NCBI GenBank assembly: GCA_964449835.1
Contig: CAYVBZ010000002.1
Coordinates: forward strand, 6,837 to 70,836
Origin: an uncultured Coxiellaceae bacterium
GTDB lineage: Bacteria; Pseudomonadota; Gammaproteobacteria; DSM-16500
Direction of reading: 5' to 3'
DNA length: 64,000 nt
Shown here in pieces: positions 53,936 to 62,963 of the stretch (within the stretch, counting starts at the first letter, position 1; every line of letters begins with the position of its first letter). Under the pieces are notes generated by a model. It was not told the DNA's origin and did not search any database. It saw only the letters and a list, made by a program, of their open reading frames with translations. The translations under genes were made by a program, and so were the position numbers.

Positions 53936-55420
53936 ATGCCCAGAAATCCCCAGACAAGAGTGGATGCGGCATTGCCCCAAGAACCGGCGGCCCCTCGAGA
54001 CAATGCTTCGCACCCCAGGGCGAACGGTTTTGAATCCCGTCCCCTGCTCTCACGCGGTCAAATTTTAACCTCATGGGGCCTGACCGTATTCGTCGCCGGT
54101 TACTCCGCCTTTGCCGATGTCATGGAAAGCATCTTTACCTTGAACCCGCTCCGTTCTGAATATGAACTAGAAGAGGTCGTTTCCGAAAAAGCCTGGCTTA
54201 GTTATGCCGTCGCCCTCGCAGGCATCTATGGCCTGGCCACCCTGTTCTGTGAAGGAAAAGGCGTTTATGATTCAATCACTGCTTATTTCCAAAATCAGAA
54301 TGAAAGAAAAGGGCCGAGCAATGAGGAAGAGCTTCAGGAGGTGATCGAAGTCGAGCCAAGAGAGCTTGAACAACCCCCGCTGCCCGCCCAAACCTGCTCA
54401 AAAAAACTGGGTGCCGGCGCGCTTTGGTTCTTTCCCCGCGCCCTGGCCGTCATCAGCTCCGCTGTAGGCTCTTCTGAAACCACTATGGGCTTAGTCAAGG
54501 AAAACGCTTCCTTACCCAAAGTCATCGCCGTTTCCGTGCTCAGTTTTTCAGGCTCAGTTGCCTTCTATGGCCCTATTACGGTTGATGCGGTGAATGAGCT
54601 AGTCTATGGCGCAAAACCCTTTCCGCCTATGGAAAACTCTCACTCGCGCCTTTTGTCTCAAATTGTGGGCTATCCGGTCGCTTTTTTTAGCGCGATTCAA
54701 GATACCTTGGAATGCGGCGCCAGCCTTTTTCAGAATTTTGGCGTCACCGGCTTGGCACAACGCTGGGGCCTCGTTGGGATTAGCTCGCTTGCCGGAATCA
54801 GCGGTCTCTGTCTCGATGGGAAAATGGGCGTGGAAATTCTGGACCATTTTTTTGTCCATCTTGAAAAAAATTATGCCTGGCTGCCGAAAACGCTGCTCTT
54901 GAAGCAATGCCCTACCCAGGGCCAGCTCATTCAGCTCGCCTATGAAACAAATACCACTGCCCTCGCCGCTTATGCTGCCAGTTATATCGCTTTTGCCGAC
55001 AAACAATTAGTTATTTCGCTTAGCGAGCTCATTTTAAATATTTTGCACCTGAATGTTCCGGGGCTGCCGCTCATTTTAGGTTGGTGTGTCGCATTGCGTG
55101 ATTTTGTCATTCAAACTAAAACGCTGCATATGTTAGAAGACCTGCTTTTAAATGCTGGCTATCGCAGTGGAAAATATCTATGGCAACGCTGCGCTGCAGA
55201 AGCTTCGGCCTCCCAGCTTGAAGAGCTTGAGCTTCACTCATTAGACGCGTCAGAGGGAGAAGAAGATGATGATGACGAAGAAACAGGTCTTTTATCTAGA
55301 AAGCCGGTCAGGCAGCCCCCTCAATCCTGTTTTTCTCGTTTTTTTCAAGGTTTTCAAAAGGCGCCGGCAAGCTCTTATGAGGTCGAACCACAGAGCGCAC
55401 TAAGTTGCACTATACTTTAA
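53936..55420 (+). CDS. orphan polytopic membrane protein with an acidic tract and a C-terminal CaaX-like CTIL
   Basis: ATG preceded by GGGAGACAAGAGA. About 8 hydrophobic segments. EGEEDDDDEE tract. The final four codons TGC ACT ATA CTT are followed by TAA. I recognise no family. Confidence 0.5.
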   Translation: MPRNPQTRVDAALPQEPAAPRDNASHPRANGFESRPLLSRGQILTSWGLTVFVAGYSAFADVMESIFTLNPLRSEYELEEVVSEKAWLSYAVALAGIYGLATLFCEGKGVYDSITAYFQNQNERKGPSNEEELQEVIEVEPRELEQPPLPAQTCSKKLGAGALWFFPRALAVISSAVGSSETTMGLVKENASLPKVIAVSVLSFSGSVAFYGPITVDAVNELVYGAKPFPPMENSHSRLLSQIVGYPVAFFSAIQDTLECGASLFQNFGVTGLAQRWGLVGISSLAGISGLCLDGKMGVEILDHFFVHLEKNYAWLPKTLLLKQCPTQGQLIQLAYETNTTALAAYAASYIAFADKQLVISLSELILNILHLNVPGLPLILGWCVALRDFVIQTKTLHMLEDLLLNAGYRSGKYLWQRCAAEASASQLEELELHSLDASEGEEDDDDEETGLLSRKPVRQPPQSCFSRFFQGFQKAPASSYEVEPQSALSCTIL

Positions 55421-55474
55421 AAGCCTGACTTAGGTATACTCCTTGCGACAATTTTAACAATGAATGGTTCAACG

Positions 55475-56836
55475 ATGTTTACAAATCTCTCAGAACGATT
55501 AAATCGTGTTATCAAGAACTTAAGCGGTCAAGGACGTCTGACCGAAGAAAATATTAAAGACACCCTGCGCGACATTCGCATGGCCTTGCTTGAGGCCGAT
55601 GTCGCCCTGCCTGTTGTCAAAGAGTTAGTCGATCACCTTCAAGAAAAAGCCTTGGGCAGCGAAGTCGCAGGCAGCCTGACGCCTGGGCAGGCTTTCATTA
55701 AGTTAGTCAATGATGAGCTTGTCGCTTTGATGGGCGAAGCCTATGCTGAACTGAATCTACAGACTGAACCGCCTGCTGTCTTTCTTATGGCGGGCTTACA
55801 AGGCTCGGGTAAAACCACGACCGTGGCCAAGCTCGCCCGTTGGTTAAAGCAGAATCAAAAAAAATCTGTTTTAGTGACGAGCACCGATATCTACCGCCCC
55901 GCAGCCATCGAGCAGTTGAAAACCCTGGCTGCGACTGTCGAAGCAGAGTTCTATCCCAGTGACCCGTCTCAAGATCCACTGACCATCGCCCGTAACGCCA
56001 TCCAAACCGCCAAAGCCAAGGTGCTGGATGTCGTCATCATTGATACCGCGGGGCGCCTGCACATTGACCAAGAAATGATGAATGAAATCAAAGGTCTCCA
56101 TGCTGGAATTCAACCCATTGAAACCTTGTTCGTCGTCGACAGCATGACCGGACAAGACGCCGCCAATACCGCCAAGGCCTTCAATGAAGCCTTGCCCCTG
56201 ACCGGCGTAATTCTCACCAAAACCGACGGCGACGCCCGTGGCGGCGCAGCGCTTTCAATCCGCTATCTCACCGGAAAACCCATTAAGTTTATGGGCGTGG
56301 GTGAGAAAATTGATAATCTTGAACCCTTTCACCCAGAGCGGGTCGCCTCCCGCATCTTGGGAATGGGTGACATTGTCAGCCTCGTTGAGGAAGTTGGACA
56401 AAAACTGGATCGTGAAAAGGCAGAGAAACTTGCCAAAAAGATCAAAAAAGGAAAAGCTTTTGATCTGGAGGATTTCCGCGACCAACTGCGGGAAATCGCA
56501 AAAATGGGCGGCATGATGGGGATTATGAGTAAATTACCCGGCATGGGCCAAATTCCGCCCGCGCTGAAAAATCAATTTGATGACAAAATTACTAAGCGTT
56601 ATGTGGCAATCATTGACTCCATGACACCAAAAGAGCGCCGGTTTCCGGACAATATAAAAGGGTCGCATAAGCGGCGGATTGCTGGAGGGTCGGGGACTGA
56701 GATCCAGACGATTAATCAGCTGTTAAAGCAGTTTTTGATGATGCAGAAGATGATGAAAAAAGCCTCTAAGGGTGGGCTTTTTAAGATGATGCGGGGGATG
56801 CAGGGGAAATTGCCGCCGGGGGTTTTGCCTTGGTAG
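55475..56836 (+). CDS. ffh: signal recognition particle protein Ffh
   Basis: MFTNLSERLNRVIKNLSGQGRLTEENIKDTLRDIRMALLEADVALPVV, GLQGSGKTT and the Met-rich M domain. Confidence 0.95.
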   Translation: MFTNLSERLNRVIKNLSGQGRLTEENIKDTLRDIRMALLEADVALPVVKELVDHLQEKALGSEVAGSLTPGQAFIKLVNDELVALMGEAYAELNLQTEPPAVFLMAGLQGSGKTTTVAKLARWLKQNQKKSVLVTSTDIYRPAAIEQLKTLAATVEAEFYPSDPSQDPLTIARNAIQTAKAKVLDVVIIDTAGRLHIDQEMMNEIKGLHAGIQPIETLFVVDSMTGQDAANTAKAFNEALPLTGVILTKTDGDARGGAALSIRYLTGKPIKFMGVGEKIDNLEPFHPERVASRILGMGDIVSLVEEVGQKLDREKAEKLAKKIKKGKAFDLEDFRDQLREIAKMGGMMGIMSKLPGMGQIPPALKNQFDDKITKRYVAIIDSMTPKERRFPDNIKGSHKRRIAGGSGTEIQTINQLLKQFLMMQKMMKKASKGGLFKMMRGMQGKLPPGVLPW

Positions 56837-56865
56837 GTTCGTTAAAGGCCAACAATTACTTGGGG

Positions 56866-56995
56866 CTGTTGACAATTCATTGTGTCATTCTGAGCAAAGC
56901 GAAGAATCTTCAGCGTTTTTGTAGAAAGATCCTTCGCTGCGCTCAGGATGACAAATCAATTATTAATCAATGCATTACATCTTAATTGTCAACAG
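56866..56995. repeat. about 130-bp nested palindromic (MITE/REP-like) element in the ffh-rpsP spacer
   Basis: Outer 12-bp inverted repeat CTGTTGACAATT (56866-77) / AATTGTCAACAG (56984-95). Inner imperfect inverted repeat GTCATTCTGAGCAAAGCGAAGAATCT ... AGATCCTTCGCTGCGCTCAGGATGAC. Confidence 0.55.
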
Positions 56996-57108
56996 TCCTT
57001 TATTAGTCTGGTTCCCCCATCAAGGAAACATTGCTTTGACAAACCCTAAAATTTTCACGTATAATTCCCAGCCTTTAAATGATCCTTTATACAGGAAAAA
57101 AACAGAAT

Positions 57109-57384
57109 ATGGTCGTCATACGTTTAGCTCGGGGCGGTGCGAAAAAACGCCCGTTTTATCATATTGTTGCAGCGGACAAGCGTCGTGCCTTGAGTGGCCG
57201 GTACATCGAGCGTTTAGGGTACTTTAACCCCATCGCGCAAGGCAAAGAAGTGCCCTTGCATATGAATTTTGAGCGTGTACAGCATTGGTTGGCCAAAGGC
57301 GCCTTGCCGTCTGACCGCATGCAGCAGCTGATTAAGGACTATGTCAAACTGCAAGCCGCTACCCCCGCAACAGACCAAGCTTAG
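57109..57384 (+). CDS. rpsP: 30S ribosomal protein S16
   Basis: [28 protein letters not shown] at 57109 chosen over the listed 57079. Confidence 0.95.
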   Translation: MVVIRLARGGAKKRPFYHIVAADKRRALSGRYIERLGYFNPIAQGKEVPLHMNFERVQHWLAKGALPSDRMQQLIKDYVKLQAATPATDQA

Positions 57385-57390
57385 GTTTTC

Positions 57391-57906
57391 ATGGGCAGGA
57401 CCTACCGTGGTTACATTATCACTGGTAAAGTCGGTGCGACTTACGGGATAAAGGGCTGGCTGAAGGTCTATTCCTATACAGAAGAAGCGGCCCAAATTCT
57501 GCAGTACAAACCTTGGTATTTAGCAGAAGGCCCAAATTGGCAAGCTTTTGAACTTGAGGATGGCAGACAGCATGGCAAAGCCATCGTCGTCAAGTTTCCC
57601 GGCATTGAAACGCCGGAGGAGGCCCGGAAATTAACGGGCAGAGCGATTGCCATTCAGCGCGAGCAATTGCCAGTCTTGCCTGAAAACGAATATTACTGGG
57701 CTGATTTAGAAGGTTTAACGGTGCTTGACCAGAACGGGCAGATCTTGGGGCAAATTGCTTACCTGATTGCAACAGGCTCTAACGACGTTTTAGTCATCCG
57801 AGATCAAGCCGGAAAAGAGCGGGCTATCCCCTACCTTCCCGGAACCGTGATTAAGAAAATTGACCTCAAAGAACAGCGCATGGTTGTCGATTGGGATTTT
57901 ATTTAA
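57391..57906 (+). CDS. rimM: 16S rRNA processing protein RimM
   Basis: [15 protein letters not shown] motif and a PRC-barrel C-terminus. Conserved position between rpsP and trmD. Confidence 0.9.
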   Translation: MGRTYRGYIITGKVGATYGIKGWLKVYSYTEEAAQILQYKPWYLAEGPNWQAFELEDGRQHGKAIVVKFPGIETPEEARKLTGRAIAIQREQLPVLPENEYYWADLEGLTVLDQNGQILGQIAYLIATGSNDVLVIRDQAGKERAIPYLPGTVIKKIDLKEQRMVVDWDFI

Positions 57907-57907
57907 C

Positions 57908-58642
57908 ATGTGGTTTGGTATAATCGCCCTCTTTCCAGAAATCTTAAACGCACTGGAATATGGGGTCACGGGAAGAGGCCTAAAAAACGGCCTAGTAAGC
58001 TTAAGCACTTGGAATCCCAGAGATTTTACGCAGGATAAACATCGAACCGTAGACGACAAACCCTATGGCGGGGGGCCCGGAATGGTGATGATGGCGCAGC
58101 CTTTAGCGGACGCCATTCAGGCAGCAAGAAAAGCTGCCCCTCAAAAACCAACCGTGGTATATTTGTCGCCGCAAGGAAGGCGCTTTGACCAAAAAGCCGC
58201 TGAAGGCTTTCTGGAAAAAAAAGCCCTCATTTTGATTGCGGGCCGTTATGAAGGTGTTGATGAAAGGCTCCTCCGCTCGGAAGTGGATGAAGAATGGTCC
58301 ATCGGAGATTATATTTTATCCGGTGGCGAGTTGGCCGCCCTGGTCATGGTTGATGCGGTCAGCCGCTTGGTCCCAGGGGTTGTTAAGGAAGAGGACTCGG
58401 TCACACAGGACTCTTTAAGCTCCGGCTTACTGAAGTATCCGCAATATACTAGACCAGAGCTGTACCAGAATAAGAAAGTGCCTGACGTTCTATTGAGCGG
58501 GCATCACCAGGACATTGAAACCTGGCGCTTAAAGCAAGCTTTAGGCCAGACCTGGTTAAAACGGCCAGATTTATTAGAAAAAAAGAAGCTGACTTCGAAG
58601 CAGCAAAAGTTGTTACAAGAATTTATAGATGAAGAAGAGTGA
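57908..58642 (+). CDS. trmD: tRNA (guanine37-N1)-methyltransferase
   Basis: [22 protein letters not shown] and [13 protein letters not shown] at 57908 lies 1 nt after the rimM stop. Confidence 0.95.
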   Translation: MWFGIIALFPEILNALEYGVTGRGLKNGLVSLSTWNPRDFTQDKHRTVDDKPYGGGPGMVMMAQPLADAIQAARKAAPQKPTVVYLSPQGRRFDQKAAEGFLEKKALILIAGRYEGVDERLLRSEVDEEWSIGDYILSGGELAALVMVDAVSRLVPGVVKEEDSVTQDSLSSGLLKYPQYTRPELYQNKKVPDVLLSGHHQDIETWRLKQALGQTWLKRPDLLEKKKLTSKQQKLLQEFIDEEE

Positions 58643-58670
58643 TCCAACGAATTTTAACAGGAGCTGTGCC

Positions 58671-59120
58671 ATGCGTAATAAAGTAATTAAAATGCTTGAG
58701 AATGAATTCATGCAACCCGGCGAAAACCAAGCCGCCAAGGTCATGCCGGAATTCTCAGCCGGCGACACCGTTATCGTTCACATTAAAGTGAAGGAAGGTG
58801 AAAGGGCCCGTGTACAGGCCTTCGAAGGCGTTGTCATTGCCAAACGTAACCGCGGCTATAATTCTGCTTTTACTGTGCGTAAAATTTCTCACGGCGTGGG
58901 CGTTGAGCGTGTTTTCCAAACCTACAGTCCCATCATTGAAAGCGTTGAAGTCAAACGCCGTGGCGATGTGCGGCGCGCCAAGCTCTACTACATGCGTGAG
59001 TTGAGTGGTAAAGCAGCGCGTATTCGCGAAAAGCTACCTTTAAAGGGAACAGCGGCCGCTGAAAGCGACGCCTCTTCTGCAGCGCCAGCTGATGATGCGG
59101 GCCAGAACACAGAAGAATAA
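58671..59120 (+). CDS. rplS: 50S ribosomal protein L19 (with an Ala/Asp/Glu-rich C-terminal extension)
   Basis: [35 protein letters not shown].. core. ATG at 58671 follows CAGGAG. Confidence 0.95.
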   Translation: MRNKVIKMLENEFMQPGENQAAKVMPEFSAGDTVIVHIKVKEGERARVQAFEGVVIAKRNRGYNSAFTVRKISHGVGVERVFQTYSPIIESVEVKRRGDVRRAKLYYMRELSGKAARIREKLPLKGTAAAESDASSAAPADDAGQNTEE

Positions 59121-59140
59121 AAGAAAGAGTAGGCAATTTT

Positions 59141-59178
59141 TTTGGTGGATTATGTCAAAGAGCGCCTAATCCACCAAA
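59141..59178. repeat. 12-bp-stem inverted repeat between convergent rplS and the channel gene (possible terminator, non-canonical)
   Basis: TTTGGTGGATTA-(14 nt)-TAATCCACCAAA read from the DNA. No U-tract follows the stem in either orientation. Confidence 0.5.
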
Positions 59179-59203
59179 CAATAGTAAATCCCTCGCCCTC
59201 ATT

Positions 59204-61507
59204 TTACCGGCCTGGCCAATTTTTAATGTAAACATCCTGCTGCGGATAGGGAATAGCAATTTGATTTTTCGTGAAGGCTTCATAGATCGCGATGTTTAGG
59301 TCACTCTCAATCCCCCCCTTTTTATTAATATCGCTAATCAGACACCACAACTCGAACACGATTTGGCTCTCCTCAAATTTCTTTAAAAATACAGCGGGCT
59401 TTTTGCCCGTCTCTTGTATCACTTCTGGATGAGATTCCGCGGTTTTTAATAGGATTTCCTTGACCTTCACCACATCACTCCCATATGCCACGCCAACCGT
59501 GCAAAAGATACTCCAGGTCTTATCGTGGAAAACAAAATTTGTCACGCTTTTGGAGATGAGCTCTGAATTTGGAATGAAGATGTCCGCATGGCGGGGAGTG
59601 TAAATATGGGTGGCCCTTAAACGAATACGCTTCACAATTCCCTCAATATCTCCCACCTGAATGCGGTCTCCGGGGCGGATATTATCGTCTAGCAATAAAA
59701 TCAATCCGGAGATAAAGTTATTCACGATATGCTGTAAGCCGAAACCGATACCCACGGACAAGGCGCCTGCGATAATGGCAAGGCCGGTAAAATTCACTCC
59801 GGCAATGACTAAGGAAATGACTAGAAAAACAGCAAAACCCACATAGCCGACAATCGACGCCGTGACAACTTGCGCGCCCTCCTCAACATAATGGGGGCTA
59901 TGGTGGCTAATATAAACTTGGACCAGCCGATTGCCCAGCATCAACACAACAAAGATCACGGCCGCGAAAAGAATGCGGCTTGGCACCAAGTAAATACCGA
60001 AGATGCGAAAACCGTCCATGATAGCGTGCATCAATTGCGTATAATAATAGGCAGAAAGCACCCAACAATTTAATAAAACGCCAAGCAAAGCACCCCACAT
60101 CACCACCCATAAAACAAATTTCAAAAAAGATAGCTCAGGAATCGAGCGATGCATGCGGACGCCAAGATGGTAGCGAAAACCGGGGTGCTGCTCCAAGCGT
60201 TCAATTTGCTGTCGAATGAGAAAATGTAAGCAGAAGGCCAAACAAACCAGTAAGAAAGTCAGGATAATATTCTTGACGAGAAAGATGGAAAAATAGTGAT
60301 ACCCTAGCCATTCTGAAAACAGCACCGTCAAAAGAATAGCGATGATCGCAAGGTTCAAAGGACTATGTAGATATCTGTTCCATTTTTTGAGCTTGGGAAA
60401 CCTGAGGGTGAGCAAAATAATACTGGTTGCAGCAATACTCAAAAGTGAAAGATAAAGTGACATGCCCAATTCAAGAAGACTGATTGGCAAATTCTGACCG
60501 TAGACCCAAGCGCTGCAGACGTAATACAGTAAAACCAGGGTCAATAAAAAAACCAAGCGAAAATCGAGTTTCGCGGGAATAGGCTCGGGCAGAGAGACCA
60601 TGGCTTTGGCACCTAAGGGAGGATGAAAAATGGCCTGAAGCCAAGCCAATAAAAAAAAGTAAATAAAGATATAACTACTGAGTTGGCCTAGAAAAGTATA
60701 GAAAGTGGGCCAGCTATACAAAATGAAAAATACCGACATGGACAAAGAAAGAGACAGCCAATAGGAATAACGCGCGAACGAAGCCATTACTGTATATGTG
60801 AGAGAAAGTCTCTTGGTTTGGACTAATTTATTAGCGCTATAAGCAGAAAAACAACGGCCTAAAATGAAACCAGCAACCAGGAAAAAACCCAGGAGGCCCA
60901 CAGTAACCTTAGTAAAATAAGGAAAACCTATTTTTTGCAGCAAAAGAGAAGTATCCGCCGCTTTAAAAAGTTCACTCCATTGCGGAAGATGGCGAAGATT
61001 GTCGACCAAGGTCATGCCTTTTGAGAATACTTCGGTTGCAACAACACGCTCGTTGAGTTTATCGACTTCCGACAATACCTCTTCAGAACGAATCAAAAAC
61101 AAACGGCATTCCGCACGCAAATTACTGAGCCCAATTTCACGGCCACTCAAGGAAACAGCCGGTGCTGCTTGGGGTTGGTTCGGATTCACTGCCGCGCCTT
61201 GGGGTTGGGGTTGAGCTAGGGCCAGATTAATTCGGTCGAGTTCAGCTTGGTTGGAGTGGATACATTCCCGGGCGTTCTTTTGCAGGTCCGTTAACACCGC
61301 CAAGGTCGTGTGTATTCTTTGTGGCGTCCAATTTTTTTGGCTGAGTTTTGCTTCAATTAAATCGAGGCTTTTGTTCCATTGGTTGGGTTGGAAGGGGGAG
61401 AGAGGCCCAGGGGAAGAGGGGACAACTTCCGCATGCGCTTGAAAGAAGCAAAAGGACAGAAAGAGAAAGCCCAGCGCGAAGAATTTCAATAAAATTCTTT
61501 TTTTCAT
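59204..61507 (-). CDS. MscK/KefA-like mechanosensitive channel (MscS family)
   Basis: Signal peptide, long periplasmic N-domain, about 11 TM segments and an MscS core (GDRIQVGDIEGIVKRIRLRATHI). Confidence 0.85.
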   Translation of the reverse strand: MKKRILLKFFALGFLFLSFCFFQAHAEVVPSSPGPLSPFQPNQWNKSLDLIEAKLSQKNWTPQRIHTTLAVLTDLQKNARECIHSNQAELDRINLALAQPQPQGAAVNPNQPQAAPAVSLSGREIGLSNLRAECRLFLIRSEEVLSEVDKLNERVVATEVFSKGMTLVDNLRHLPQWSELFKAADTSLLLQKIGFPYFTKVTVGLLGFFLVAGFILGRCFSAYSANKLVQTKRLSLTYTVMASFARYSYWLSLSLSMSVFFILYSWPTFYTFLGQLSSYIFIYFFLLAWLQAIFHPPLGAKAMVSLPEPIPAKLDFRLVFLLTLVLLYYVCSAWVYGQNLPISLLELGMSLYLSLLSIAATSIILLTLRFPKLKKWNRYLHSPLNLAIIAILLTVLFSEWLGYHYFSIFLVKNIILTFLLVCLAFCLHFLIRQQIERLEQHPGFRYHLGVRMHRSIPELSFLKFVLWVVMWGALLGVLLNCWVLSAYYYTQLMHAIMDGFRIFGIYLVPSRILFAAVIFVVLMLGNRLVQVYISHHSPHYVEEGAQVVTASIVGYVGFAVFLVISLVIAGVNFTGLAIIAGALSVGIGFGLQHIVNNFISGLILLLDDNIRPGDRIQVGDIEGIVKRIRLRATHIYTPRHADIFIPNSELISKSVTNFVFHDKTWSIFCTVGVAYGSDVVKVKEILLKTAESHPEVIQETGKKPAVFLKKFEESQIVFELWCLISDINKKGGIESDLNIAIYEAFTKNQIAIPYPQQDVYIKNWPGR

Positions 61508-61521
61508 ATACGCTTATTCCT

Positions 61522-62346
61522 TTACCACAAATGAAATTTAAACAAACTGATCATAATCTCCACCAAAATCAAGATAATAATAATACTCTCGAGGAGATTA
61601 GAATGGCTCTGCTGCACTTGAATATTCAAAATGTGCAGCAATTCTTGCAATACATCTAATTTTTGATTGAGGGCCATGACCCGGCTCGGTACATCCAGAA
61701 ACTTCTTGACGGATACAAAAATCGGCTCCAAATTCGGGTTGCGCCAAAAAAATTCGGGCGCATCCAGGTATTCACTATTCAAGTTGATCGAAGAGCGGAC
61801 GAGAAAGATTTCTCCGATGCGCTTGAAGATCGCGCTGCGCGACAAGGAAATGATGCCATGTGAGGCGATTTCTTGGGGAAGATAGCTATTCTTGCGAATG
61901 GCGGTTTGAATGGCTTCTTCAAAGGTTTCGAGTTTTGTCGACTGGGCCAAGGCATAGGAAATCGCTAATTTAACCAGTGGGTTTTCAGTATCTAAGGTAA
62001 TGACATCCATCCTCAGCCTTTCATCGGCATCAATCGAGGTTTCTTCGCCTAAGGTATAGCAAAAGAAATCGCTTTCAATTTTCTCTAAGGGCGAATAACT
62101 AAGCTCTTGAATTTGCTCTGAAATTTTTTGCTCTTGGTGCTTGGTCAAGCCCCAACTCACAAAGCTGCCGTGAATGAAAAAAAACAATTCAACTGGCCTG
62201 CGAGTGTGTGAAACCTGAACTAGATCGCGAGACATGCGTACACTATACCCTCTTTTTTTAAAAAAGTGGGCGATTCCAGTCAGGTTATAACTGCCAGCTG
62301 TGCAGTAGGACACACAACGAGAGAAAGATTTGGGTAAATGGACCAC
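61522..62346 (-). CDS. RMD1/DUF155 family protein
   Basis: YCTAGSYNL..FFFIHGSFVSWG pattern and a C-terminal TM helix. GTG start. Assignment is from memory. Confidence 0.55.
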   Translation of the reverse strand: MVHLPKSFSRCVSYCTAGSYNLTGIAHFFKKRGYSVRMSRDLVQVSHTRRPVELFFFIHGSFVSWGLTKHQEQKISEQIQELSYSPLEKIESDFFCYTLGEETSIDADERLRMDVITLDTENPLVKLAISYALAQSTKLETFEEAIQTAIRKNSYLPQEIASHGIISLSRSAIFKRIGEIFLVRSSINLNSEYLDAPEFFWRNPNLEPIFVSVKKFLDVPSRVMALNQKLDVLQELLHILNIQVQQSHSNLLESIIIILILVEIMISLFKFHLW

Positions 62347-62428
62347 GGGTGTTTCCCTTCCTGAGGCCAGAGTGCTCTTTACAGTCTAATCGAGGGGAGG
62401 GAGGGAGGCAACTGGGAGGCAGACAAGT

Positions 62429-62495
62429 GGTAGGAGGTATTAATTTTACCTCCCACCCCCAACCCCTCCCTCCACAAAAAACGTGGAGGGAGGGG
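62429..62495. repeat. two adjacent GC-rich hairpins just 3' of tadA (REP-like or terminator-like)
   Basis: GGTAGGAGGTA-(7 nt)-TACCTCCCACC pairs at 10 of 11 positions. CCCCTCCCTCCAC-AAAAAAC-GTGGAGGGAGGGG has a perfect 13-bp stem (62463-62495). A related G-rich half-site lies at 62393-62409. Confidence 0.55.
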
Positions 62496-62498
62496 AGA

Positions 62499-62963
62499 TT
62501 ATCTTTTCCGTCGAAAAAAAACCTTTAACAAAGCACCACAATCCTCGGCCAAAAGCCCGCCCGCACAGGTCATCCGGTGATTAGCTGGCACTTCCAACCC
62601 CCGGCAAACACTTTGAATCGCTCCTGCCTTTGGATCATAAGCCCCAAACACCAAACGACTGATTCTCGCCTGGACCAAAGCCCCAACACACATTAAACAA
62701 GGCTCCAAAGTTACATATAAGGTCGTATTCAGCAGTCGGTAATTATTCAAGGCCTTCCCGCCACTCCGCAGCGCAATCGTTTCAGCATGCGCAGTGGGGT
62801 CGTTTGTTGCAATCGGGCAATTCCAACCTTCTGCGAGCAGTTCATCATTCAGCGTCAACACAGCGCCCACCGGCACCTCACCCAAAAGCTCTGCTTTTTT
62901 AGCTAGTGCCAGCGCCTTTTGCATCCAGAAATAATCACGTTCAGAAAACACCGTTATTCCCAC
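62499..62963 (-). CDS. tadA: tRNA adenosine(34) deaminase
   Basis: HAETIALR and [12 protein letters not shown] zinc-binding deaminase motifs. GTG start. Confidence 0.9.
   Translation of the reverse strand: MGITVFSERDYFWMQKALALAKKAELLGEVPVGAVLTLNDELLAEGWNCPIATNDPTAHAETIALRSGGKALNNYRLLNTTLYVTLEPCLMCVGALVQARISRLVFGAYDPKAGAIQSVCRGLEVPANHRMTCAGGLLAEDCGALLKVFFRRKR

Noticed and set aside
59141-59178. Hairpin after rplS as a canonical bidirectional Rho-independent terminator
   Set aside because: The stem is good, with 12 bp. However, the T-run precedes the stem on the plus strand and an A-run follows it on the minus strand, so neither transcript gets a 3' U-tract. I kept it only as an inverted repeat.
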